Virus genome (UHGV): UHGV-0236108
Direction: 5' to 3' (one strand)
Length of the DNA: 31,992 bases
Source of the DNA: a virus
Made by a program: the position numbers and the translations under genes. Positions 23,956-31,992 of this stretch are shown here, one piece after another (the stretch's first letter is position 1; each line of letters begins with the position of its first letter). Under the pieces are notes generated by a model that worked only from the letters and a program-made list of their open reading frames with translations, did no database searches and was not told the origin of the DNA.

Positions 23956-25789
23956 ATTTGAGCTTAAGGCGTTGATCACCGGTGTCGACAGGCTTTCTCC
24001 CGCGCTGTCGAAAATGCAAAAGAAAATCCGGGGATTTAAACGCCAGGCGGAAGAAGCGTCACAGGGTGGGCTGGCGCTTGGTGGCGGACTGGCTGCGGGT
24101 CTGACGCTTTCCCTGAAATCTTATGCCGATCAGGAAAACGCCGCCACCGGGCTGAAAGTTGCCATGATGGATGCGAACGGTGAGGTCGGAAAGAGCTTTC
24201 AGGACATCAATAAACTGGCTATTGGTCTGGGTAACCAGCTACCCGGTACAACGGCTGATTTCCAGAACATGATGCAGATGCTGGTGCGTCAGGGGATCCC
24301 GGCAGAAAACATTCTTGGCGGTGTGGGTAAAGCGACCGCTTATCTTGCGGTACAACTGAAAAAAACACCGGAAGCGGCTGCTGAGTTTGCTGCAAAGATG
24401 CAGGATGCTACCGGAACGGCGTCAGAAGACATGATGGGGCTGTTCGACACTATCCAGAAGGCGTTTTATCTGGGCGTTGACGATACCAACATGTTGTCCT
24501 TCTTCACTAAAACCAGTTCTGTTCTGAAGATGGTGAACAAGGACGGTCTTCAGGCTGCACAGAGCCTTGCCCCCATCAGCGTCATGATGGATCAGATGGG
24601 GATGAACGGAGAGTCGGCAGGTAATGCCCTGCGAAAAGTTATCCAGTCCGGATTAAGCGTTAAGAAAATCAGGGACGTCAATAAAGTCATGGCCCGCCAG
24701 AAACTCGGGGTACAGCTCGATTTTACTGACGGCAAAGGAAGTTTTGGCGGTCTTGATAACATGTTCAGGCAACTGGCAAAGCTGCGAAAACTGACCGACG
24801 TTAAACGAACTGGTGTACTTAAGGCAATATTTGGTGATGATGCCGAAACCCTTCAGGTGGTCAATGCACTAATCGATAAAGGAAAGGATGGCTACGATCA
24901 GATCCAGCAGAAGATGAATAAACAGGCCAGCCTGAATAAACGTGTTCAGGCACAGCTTGGTACGCTGTCCAACCTGTGGGAGGCAATGACAGGGACCGCA
25001 ACTAACGGCCTTGCGGCTATTGGCGGTACATTTTCTGGTGACGCCAAAAATATCACGCAATGGCTGGGGGAGTTGGGGGAGAAATTCACGAAGTTTGCGG
25101 ATGAAAATCCCCGGGTTATTCGCGGCGTCGTCGGGCTTGCTGCCGGTCTTGCGATTCTGAAACTGGGATTGATGGGCGTTGGCGGTGCCATCAGTATTGT
25201 CAGCAGGATCATGTCGATGACGCCGATTGGCATGATTACGACGGCGATAGCCATGGCTGCGGGATTAATTATCACTAACTGGGATGTTGTCGGACCTTAT
25301 TTTAAGAAACTCTGGGAAACCATTGGTCCTTATTTTGAGGCTGGCTGGGAACTTCTGAAGAAAGTTTTTGCCTGGTCGCCGCTGGGGATGGTCATCAATA
25401 ACTGGGGACCGGTTGTTAAGTGGTTTCAGGATATGTGGGACAAGCTGAAGCCAATTATTGAGTGGTTTACCGACAGTTCCGGTGACACGGTCGATGCCAT
25501 TAACTCGGCGCAGTGGGGCGCGGGTGCTTATGATGCTTATGGGACGGGAATACCGGCGCGGGGATACACACCTTATCCGGCGGTGGATCCGGCTCAGTCA
25601 AACAACGCCTCTAATGCCACAGGCCCGAATCCCTTCATGATTAACAAAGCTTCTGCGGCAAAAGTTGATGGTGAGATCAAGGTATCTTTTGTGAATTCGC
25701 CTCCGGGTATGCGGGTTATGGAAACGCGATCCAGCGGTATCGACGTGAATCACGACGTTGGCTACACCCGATTTGGTATGGGGGGCTGA
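23948..25789 (+). CDS. tail tape measure protein
   Basis: 613 aa; Gly/Ala-rich hydrophobic stretches and coiled-coil regions; position after the chaperone pair. Confidence 0.85.
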   Translation: MAEFELKALITGVDRLSPALSKMQKKIRGFKRQAEEASQGGLALGGGLAAGLTLSLKSYADQENAATGLKVAMMDANGEVGKSFQDINKLAIGLGNQLPGTTADFQNMMQMLVRQGIPAENILGGVGKATAYLAVQLKKTPEAAAEFAAKMQDATGTASEDMMGLFDTIQKAFYLGVDDTNMLSFFTKTSSVLKMVNKDGLQAAQSLAPISVMMDQMGMNGESAGNALRKVIQSGLSVKKIRDVNKVMARQKLGVQLDFTDGKGSFGGLDNMFRQLAKLRKLTDVKRTGVLKAIFGDDAETLQVVNALIDKGKDGYDQIQQKMNKQASLNKRVQAQLGTLSNLWEAMTGTATNGLAAIGGTFSGDAKNITQWLGELGEKFTKFADENPRVIRGVVGLAAGLAILKLGLMGVGGAISIVSRIMSMTPIGMITTAIAMAAGLIITNWDVVGPYFKKLWETIGPYFEAGWELLKKVFAWSPLGMVINNWGPVVKWFQDMWDKLKPIIEWFTDSSGDTVDAINSAQWGAGAYDAYGTGIPARGYTPYPAVDPAQSNNASNATGPNPFMINKASAAKVDGEIKVSFVNSPPGMRVMETRSSGIDVNHDVGYTRFGMGG

Positions 25790-25791
25790 TA

Positions 25792-25820
25792 CCCCGCTTA
25801 AACACGGGTTTTGTTGTTTA
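25792..25820 (+). terminator. weak hairpin plus T-tract after tape measure gene
   Basis: CCCCG...CGGG short stem followed by TTTTGTTGTTT. Confidence 0.35.
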
Positions 25821-25870
25821 GCAGGTTCTTGGTAGGATTAGTCCGATACTTTAATGATGGGAATAGGGAT

Positions 25871-26548
25871 ATGAAAGTCTTAACAATTTATTCAGTTGTC
25901 GGCATGGCTCTTTTACTCGGGGGATGTACCTCTCCGAAGTACAATTATTTACCAAAAACAGAAAATTATAGTGAACCTCCTGTAGGAAGCATTAATACAG
26001 CTTATGTCGGTGATTCAATGATTAAGCAGGGGGTGTCACAGAGGTTTGAAGGTCTGAAGGTTAATGCTCCTGCGAGAATTTCCTGGGCGTATACGATCAC
26101 TCCGGGGATGCTGAAAAAGGTTGGTGAGGATAACAAGGCTGATTATTACTTTCTCACAAACGGTGCTGATTCAGCCAATGTGGAAAAGGCAGCCCTTGCC
26201 GATATGTGGCAGGGTATCATGGTAGAAAAGAAAAAGAATGCCTTATGTGTAATAACAGTTTTCGGTGTTACCAACTGTGAAACTAACATGCCTATCGAAA
26301 AGGTTACTCTGAATATCAGTGGTGATTCATCTTTCCAGCAAGCTCTGCTTTACAACGGAAGGGTCGGAAACAAAATCAACATTGGATATCGTGAATTTTC
26401 ATCGAATACAGCACGCCCGGCCTTCAACAACGATGTTGAGTATGATCTCGCGGAGTCTAAAACAATTGGCTATAAAGGGGCTAAATTCGAAGTACTTGAT
26501 GCGAGTAACCAAAGCATAAGGTATCGGGTAATAAGTAACTTTAGATAA
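25871..26548 (+). CDS. AT-rich lipoprotein inserted in the tail module (225 aa)
   Basis: Signal peptide MKVLTIYSVVGMALLLGGC with lipobox LLGGC; noticeably lower GC than flanking tail genes; bracketed by hairpins at 25792-25820 and 26563-26588. Confidence 0.65.
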   Translation: MKVLTIYSVVGMALLLGGCTSPKYNYLPKTENYSEPPVGSINTAYVGDSMIKQGVSQRFEGLKVNAPARISWAYTITPGMLKKVGEDNKADYYFLTNGADSANVEKAALADMWQGIMVEKKKNALCVITVFGVTNCETNMPIEKVTLNISGDSSFQQALLYNGRVGNKINIGYREFSSNTARPAFNNDVEYDLAESKTIGYKGAKFEVLDASNQSIRYRVISNFR

Positions 26549-26562
26549 GCGATAATTTAATG

Positions 26563-26588
26563 AAACCCGCTTCGGCGGGTTTTTTTAT
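26563..26588 (+). terminator. rho-independent terminator after the lipoprotein gene
   Basis: AAACCCGC-TTCG-GCGGGTTT stem-loop followed by TTTTTAT. Confidence 0.7.
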
Positions 26589-26601
26589 ATCCGGAGTTTA
26601 T

Positions 26602-27930
26602 ATGACGTGGAAAGACAGACTTCAGGACGCGTCATTTCGCGGCGTGCCGTTTAAGGTTGAAGAAGAAAGTGCGGGAACCGGTCGCCGTGTGGAAACACAC
26701 GAATACCCGAACCGCGACAAGCCCTATACCGAAGATCTGGGAAAAGTCACTTTCCGCCCGTCCATCACAGCTTATGTGGTGGGAGATGACTGCTTTGACC
26801 AGCGCGATCGCCTGATTGAAGCGCTGAATAAACCAGGTCCCGGCACGCTTGTCCACCCGACTTACGGTGAGCTGAAAGTCTGTGTTGACGGGGAAGTTAG
26901 GGTCAGCACATCGAAAAGTGAAGGGCGTATTGTCCGCTTTGACCTGAAGTTTATCGAAGCAGGAAAACTCTCTTACCCCACATCAGGTGCAGCGACGGCG
27001 CAGACGCTGATGTCATCCTGTTCTGCACTGGATGACTGCATCAGTGACAGCTTCAGCGGTTTCAGTATCGATGGTGTGGCGGATTTCGTGCAGAACGACG
27101 TTATCGGTAATGCCAGCATAATGCTGGGGTATGTTTCTGATGCGATGAAAGTGGTGGATTCTGCCGTATCGGATGCCGCCAGGCTGTTGCAGGGGGATAT
27201 CTCGGTACTTCTGCCGCCGCCATCGTCAGGCAAAAATTTCGTTGAGCAGGTGCAGAAAATGTGGCGTACCGGCAAACGCCTTTATGGTAACGCCAGCGAC
27301 CTGGTCACCATGATCAAAACGCTTTCCGGTGTCAGCCTCGGCAGCGATTTGCAACCGCGCGGCGTCTGGAAAACGGACAGTAAAACCACCGCCACGGCGA
27401 CGCAGCAGCGTAACGTGGTTGCCAGCACCCTTCGTACGACCGCAATCAGCGAAGCGGCGTATGCCGTCACCCGATTGCCTGCGCCAACAACTTCCGCGGT
27501 GATGCAGAATTCCGCAGTGGGGCAGGCAACAACACCCGCGCAGAGCACCGGCTGGCCTTCCGTCACGCATCCGGCACTGAACAATGCACCGGCGGTGAAA
27601 AACACGGTTGACCTGCCGACGTGGGAAGAACTGACTGACATTCGCGACATACTGAATACGGCAATTGATAAGGAGTTGTCCCGTACAACCAGTGATGCGC
27701 TGTTTCTGGCGCTGCGCCGGGTGAAAGCAGATCTGAATGCGGATATCAACACGCGCCTTGAACAGTCTGCACGGATCATTCAGCGCACACCGGATGAGGT
27801 TTTACCCGCGCTGGTGCTGGCGGCGACCTGGTTTGATAACGCGGCGCGTGACGCGGACATTATCCGGCGTAATGCCATTACGCATCCCGGCTTTGTGCCG
27901 GTGATCCCTCTGAAGGTGCCAGTGCAATGA
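26602..27930 (+). CDS. DNA circulation protein (Mu N-like)
   Basis: GGAG 6 nt before ATG 26602 (ORF-track start 26560 lies inside the terminator); first gene after tape measure and lipoprotein insert. Confidence 0.75.
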   Translation: MTWKDRLQDASFRGVPFKVEEESAGTGRRVETHEYPNRDKPYTEDLGKVTFRPSITAYVVGDDCFDQRDRLIEALNKPGPGTLVHPTYGELKVCVDGEVRVSTSKSEGRIVRFDLKFIEAGKLSYPTSGAATAQTLMSSCSALDDCISDSFSGFSIDGVADFVQNDVIGNASIMLGYVSDAMKVVDSAVSDAARLLQGDISVLLPPPSSGKNFVEQVQKMWRTGKRLYGNASDLVTMIKTLSGVSLGSDLQPRGVWKTDSKTTATATQQRNVVASTLRTTAISEAAYAVTRLPAPTTSAVMQNSAVGQATTPAQSTGWPSVTHPALNNAPAVKNTVDLPTWEELTDIRDILNTAIDKELSRTTSDALFLALRRVKADLNADINTRLEQSARIIQRTPDEVLPALVLAATWFDNAARDADIIRRNAITHPGFVPVIPLKVPVQ

Positions 27931-29006
27931 ACGACAATGTCACGCTACGGGTAAATGGCCGGGAGTGGAATGGCTGGACATCGGTGCGCATCGGTGCCGG
28001 TATTGAACGGCTGGCGCGGGATTTCAGTGTGGAGATCACCCGCCAGTGGCCGGGAGATGAGGGTATTACCACGCTTCAGCCGCGCATTAAAAACGGTTCA
28101 AAAGTGGAAGTGCTGATTGGTGATGAGCGGGTGATCACCGGCTGGGTGGAGGCGACGCCCGTTCGTTACGATGCCCGTTCGGTCAGCACCGGTATTGCCG
28201 GACGCAGTCTGACCGCTGACCTGATTGACTGTGCAGCCGAACCGATACAGTTTAACGGACGATCGCTGGTACAGATTGCGCAGGCGCTTGCTGCGCCTTT
28301 CGGCATTGAGGTGGTGAACAGCGGTGCGCCGTCGGGTGTTATTCCTGATGTCCAGCCTGATCACGGTGAAACGGTGATTGAGGTAATCAACAAAATACTC
28401 GGTCAGCAGCAGGCACTGGCTTACGACGACCCGCACGGAAGGCTGGTGATTGGCGGTATTGGCTCAACGCGGGCACATACCGCGCTGGTACTCGGGGAAA
28501 ACATCCTTTCCTGCGATACGGAGAAGAGTATCCGGGAGCGGTTTTCTGTTTACCAGGTGGCGGGGCAGCGTGCCGGAAACGACGATGATTTCGGTGAGGC
28601 CACCACCACCGCGCTGCGGGCCCGCACAGAGGACGCATTTATTGCCCGTTACCGTCCGATGTATATCAGGCAGACAGGGCAGGCTACGGGGGCAGGCTGT
28701 ATTGCGCGTGCTGACTTTGAAGCCCGGCAACGGGCGGCGCGTACGGATGAAACCACCTATGTGGTGCAGGGCTGGCGACAGGGTAACGGTACGCTGTGGC
28801 AGCCCAACCAGCGGGTGATTGTCTTTGATCCGGTCTGTGGTTTCGACAATACCGAACTGCTTGTTTCGGAAGTCACGTTTACTCAGGACCAGAACGGCAC
28901 CCTGACGGAAATCCGTGTCGGCCCGCCTGATGCTTATCTGCCTGAACCCGAAGATCCCGGCGCGCGGAAAAAGAAAAAAGCCAGAGTACAGGAGGACCCG
29001 TTCTGA
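27927..29006 (+). CDS. baseplate hub protein (Mu P / P2 gpD late-control-D-like)
   Basis: 359 aa, ATGA-coupled, conserved position in Mu-type baseplate operon. Confidence 0.75.
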   Translation: MNDNVTLRVNGREWNGWTSVRIGAGIERLARDFSVEITRQWPGDEGITTLQPRIKNGSKVEVLIGDERVITGWVEATPVRYDARSVSTGIAGRSLTADLIDCAAEPIQFNGRSLVQIAQALAAPFGIEVVNSGAPSGVIPDVQPDHGETVIEVINKILGQQQALAYDDPHGRLVIGGIGSTRAHTALVLGENILSCDTEKSIRERFSVYQVAGQRAGNDDDFGEATTTALRARTEDAFIARYRPMYIRQTGQATGAGCIARADFEARQRAARTDETTYVVQGWRQGNGTLWQPNQRVIVFDPVCGFDNTELLVSEVTFTQDQNGTLTEIRVGPPDAYLPEPEDPGARKKKKARVQEDPF

Positions 29007-29554
29007 TGAGGACGATTGAAGCCATGCAGCGACAACTTCTCGGCCTGATTGGGCGGGCAGTGGTGAAAAGCATCAGTGCCGCCACGAAATGTCAGACCGT
29101 GGATGTGTCCCTGATTGCCGGTGAACCCAAAGCCGGGATTGAACATCTTGAACCCTACGGTTTTACCGCAAGGGCAAACAGCGGTGCGGAAGCGGTGGTG
29201 TTGTTTCCGGATGGCGACCGTTCTCATGCGGTGGTTGTTACGGTGTCGGACCGGCGCTACCGCCTGAAAGGGCTGCAGACGGGTGAGGTGGCTGTCTATG
29301 ACGATCAGGGGCAGTCTGTGACGCTGACCCGGGAGGGGATCGTGGTGGACGGTGCAGGTAAAACGATCACGTTTCGCAATGCGCCCAGAGCACGTTTTGA
29401 AATGGACCTGGAAGTGACCGGACAGGTGAAAGACCTGTGCGACTCCGGCGGTACCACCATGTCAGCGATGCGGCTTGCCTATAACGGGCATCGTCACAGA
29501 GAGAACGGTCAGGGCAGTAACACCGACAAACCGGATAAAGCGATGGAGGCATGA
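29006..29554 (+). CDS. baseplate assembly protein V-like (spike)
   Basis: 182 aa after hub gene; AGGAGG Shine-Dalgarno. Confidence 0.7.
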   Translation: MRTIEAMQRQLLGLIGRAVVKSISAATKCQTVDVSLIAGEPKAGIEHLEPYGFTARANSGAEAVVLFPDGDRSHAVVVTVSDRRYRLKGLQTGEVAVYDDQGQSVTLTREGIVVDGAGKTITFRNAPRARFEMDLEVTGQVKDLCDSGGTTMSAMRLAYNGHRHRENGQGSNTDKPDKAMEA

Positions 29555-29976
29555 TGGAACTGTGGCTGACGGTGAACGGTAAACGCACCTGCGCCAGCGC
29601 ACCGCTGGATCCGCTGACCCGCGCCGTGGTGATTTCCCTGTTTACCTGGCGGCGGGCGGAGCCTGATGACAATGCCGACGTCCCGATGGGATGGTGGGGG
29701 GATACCTGGCCTGCGGTACAGAATGACCGTTACGGCTCCCGACTGTGGCTGCTTCAGCGCAGCAAACTGACCAATCAGCTGGTGCAGACGGTAAGGGGGT
29801 ATATCCGCGAATGCCTGCAATGGATGATTGATGACGGCGTGGTGTCCCGTATTGATCTGGATATCCGCCGCACCGGGATTAATGAACTGGGTAACAGTAT
29901 CACCCTATGGCGTCGTGACGGACCGGTAATGATTTCTTTTGATGATCTGTGGAGTGCGATAACGCATGGCGGATAG
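29551..29976 (+). CDS. baseplate protein (Mu gp46-like)
   Basis: 141 aa, ATGA-coupled, conserved order. Confidence 0.7.
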   Translation: MMELWLTVNGKRTCASAPLDPLTRAVVISLFTWRRAEPDDNADVPMGWWGDTWPAVQNDRYGSRLWLLQRSKLTNQLVQTVRGYIRECLQWMIDDGVVSRIDLDIRRTGINELGNSITLWRRDGPVMISFDDLWSAITHGG

Positions 29977-31024
29977 TGAATTTCAGCGCCCGACGCTGGC
30001 AGAAAATATCAGTATGCTCCGTAACGATTTATTCGCCAGGCTGGACGTCAGCGACACGCTCCGGCGCATGGATGAAGACGTGCGGGCAAAGGTGTATGCG
30101 GCGGCGCTGCATACGGTTTACGGGTACATCGATTATCTGGCAATGAACATGCTGCCTGACCTGTGCGATGAGTCCTGGCTGGCGCGACATGCTGCGATGA
30201 AACGGTGTCCGCGCAAGGGGGCCACGGCTGCCAGCGGGTATATGCGCTGGGAAGGTGTCAGCGATGGCCTGAAGGTGACTGCCGGGAGTGTTATTCAGCG
30301 CGATGACCTGGTTCAGTACACGGCAACTGCCGATGCAACCAGCTCCGGTGGTGTCCTGCGCGTGCCGATCGCCTGCTCAAGTGCAGGCGCGGTCGGTAAC
30401 GCTGACGACGGTACGGCATTAATCCTGGTCACGCCGGTGAATGGTCTGCCGTCTTCCGGTGTGGCTGACACCCTGACAGGCGGATTTGATACTGAAGAGC
30501 TGGAAACGTGGCGCGCCCGCGTCATTGAGCGGTATTACTGGACGCCGCAGGGCGGGGCTGACGGGGACTATGTCGTCTGGGCTAAAGAAGTGCCTGGCAT
30601 TACCCGCGCATGGACATACCGACACTGGATGGGAACGGGGACTGTCGGTGTGATGATTGCCAGCAGTGACCTGATTAATCCCATTCCGGAAGAATCAACG
30701 GAAACGGCGGCAAGACAACATATCGGGCCACTGGCCCCGGTGGCAGGCTCTGATTTGTATGTGTTCAGGCCGGTGGCACATACGGTGGATTTTCATATCC
30801 GTGTGACGCCGGACACACCGGAAATACGGGCTGCCATCACCGCGGAGTTGCGTTCGTTCCTGCTGCGTGATGGTTATCCGCAGGGAGAACTGAAGGTATC
30901 GCGTATCAGTGAGGCGATTTCCGGTGCGAACGGGGAATACAGCCATCAGTTGCTTGCACCGGCAGACAATATCTCCATTGCAAAAAATGAACTGGCGGTA
31001 CTGGGGACGATTTCATGGACGTGA
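29966..31024 (+). CDS. baseplate J-like protein (Mu gp47-like)
   Basis: 352 aa in the expected position. Confidence 0.8.
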   Translation: MADSEFQRPTLAENISMLRNDLFARLDVSDTLRRMDEDVRAKVYAAALHTVYGYIDYLAMNMLPDLCDESWLARHAAMKRCPRKGATAASGYMRWEGVSDGLKVTAGSVIQRDDLVQYTATADATSSGGVLRVPIACSSAGAVGNADDGTALILVTPVNGLPSSGVADTLTGGFDTEELETWRARVIERYYWTPQGGADGDYVVWAKEVPGITRAWTYRHWMGTGTVGVMIASSDLINPIPEESTETAARQHIGPLAPVAGSDLYVFRPVAHTVDFHIRVTPDTPEIRAAITAELRSFLLRDGYPQGELKVSRISEAISGANGEYSHQLLAPADNISIAKNELAVLGTISWT

Positions 31025-31599
31025 CAAACGATGATTACATCCGTCTGTTGTCGGCACTGTTGCCCCCCGGTCCGGCGTGGTCAGCCAGCGATCCGGCGAT
31101 TGCCGGTGCGGCACCGTCATTAACCCGCGTTCATCAGCGTGCGGATGCCCTGATGCGGGAGCTGGATCCGCGCACCACCACCGAACTGATAAACCGCTGG
31201 GAGCGTCTGTGCGGCCTGCCGGATGAATGTATTCCGGCAGGGACGCAGACCCTTCGCCAGCGTCAGCAACGGTTGGATGCGAAGGTTAACCTGGCGGGCG
31301 GCATCAATGAGGATTTTTACCTTGCGCAGCTTGCTGCCCTGGGCAGACCAGATGCCACCATCACGCGATACGACAAAAGCACGTTCACCTGCTCATCGGC
31401 CTGTACTGACGCGGTGAATGCGCCGGAATGGCGGTATTACTGGCAGGTCAATATGCCAGCTGCCACCAACACCACCTGGATGACATGTGGCGATCCCTGC
31501 GATTCCGCACTGCGTATCTGGGGGGACACCGTTATCGAGTGCGTGCTTAACAAACTCTGCCCGTCGCATACCTACGTAATTTTTAAATATCCGGAGTAA
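31015..31599 (+). CDS. tail protein (Mu gp48-like, DUF2313-type)
   Basis: 194 aa, overlaps J-like stop; Cys-rich C-terminus. Confidence 0.7.
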   Translation: MDVTNDDYIRLLSALLPPGPAWSASDPAIAGAAPSLTRVHQRADALMRELDPRTTTELINRWERLCGLPDECIPAGTQTLRQRQQRLDAKVNLAGGINEDFYLAQLAALGRPDATITRYDKSTFTCSSACTDAVNAPEWRYYWQVNMPAATNTTWMTCGDPCDSALRIWGDTVIECVLNKLCPSHTYVIFKYPE

Positions 31600-31602
31600 T
31601 CC

Positions 31603-31992
31603 ATGCATCGTATAGACACGAAAACCGCGCAGAAGGATAAGTTCGGCGCGGGTAAGAACGGTTTTACCCGTGGTAACCCCCAGACCGGCACGCCTGCCAC
31701 CGATCTGGATGATGACTACTTTGACATGTTGCAGGAGGAGCTCTGCAGCGTGGTGGAGGCATCCGGTGCCAGCCTGGAGAAGGGGCGGCATGACCAGCTG
31801 CTTACCGCGCTTCGTGCGCTGCTGTTAAGTCGCAAAAATCCGTTTGGCGATATCAAATCGGACGGCACGGTGAAAACGGCTCTTCAAAACCTTGGTTTGG
31901 GAGATACAAGCGGATACGTGGGACGCCGGCTGAGTACCCGGGCTTTCGCGTCATCAGGTACGTATACCCCATCACCAGAAACAAAACGGATC
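31603..31992 (+). CDS. tail fibre protein, N-terminal part (open to window end)
   Basis: GGAG before ATG 31603; frame stays open to position 31992 ([42 protein letters not shown]...); position after baseplate genes. Confidence 0.6.
   Translation, partial: MHRIDTKTAQKDKFGAGKNGFTRGNPQTGTPATDLDDDYFDMLQEELCSVVEASGASLEKGRHDQLLTALRALLLSRKNPFGDIKSDGTVKTALQNLGLGDTSGYVGRRLSTRAFASSGTYTPSPETKRI

Noticed and set aside
27226-29227. Minus-strand ORFs 27226..27570, 27282..27779, 28098..28436, 28387..28638, 28934..29227
   Set aside because: Antisense to DNA-circulation and baseplate genes; composition consistent with GC-rich noncoding frames.
1-31992. CRISPR array, rRNA genes, integrase or attachment site
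   Set aside because: No regularly spaced direct repeats with unique spacers, no rRNA-like sequence, and no tyrosine-recombinase ORF or obvious att core were seen; the prophage ends presumably lie outside the window.

Overview
The window is almost entirely one mosaic temperate prophage of an enterobacterial (E. coli/Shigella-type) host, read from its left arm to a tail-fibre gene cut off by the window end. All calls are from reading the sequence and remembered protein families; no search was run. Order, left to right: (1) a partial IS1 element (1-139) whose terminus sits inside, and truncates, an AT-rich membrane-protein gene; (2) leftward early genes resembling the K-12 CPS-53 yfdP-yfdQ-yfdR block; (3) a lambda-like immunity region with an SOS-cleavable CI-type repressor, Cro, a phage-186-type CII-like protein and 15-bp palindromic operators on both sides of cI; (4) an O-like replication initiator with in-gene iterons but no recognisable P/DnaC-like loader; (5) a nin-like region (PerC/YfdN-like, Dam-type methyltransferase, a LexA N-terminal-domain-only protein, RusA, KilA-N, DUF968) ending in a QuuD-like Q antiterminator; (6) an AT-rich reverse-strand HNH-motif gene inserted between Q and the late terminator; (7) lysis genes (holin, lambda R-like endolysin, Rz/Rz1); (8) HNH endonuclease, terminases and an HK97-type head module; (9) a Mu/SfV-type contractile tail module with a -1 frameshifted chaperone pair, interrupted by an AT-rich lipoprotein gene flanked by hairpins. 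The best candidates for undescribed accessory functions are the three low-GC single-gene insertions (IS1-truncated membrane protein, HNH-motif protein at the Q/lysis junction, lipoprotein in the tail module) and the LexA-NTD-only protein together with a near-consensus SOS box inside cI. No integrase, att site, tRNA, rRNA or CRISPR array was seen.
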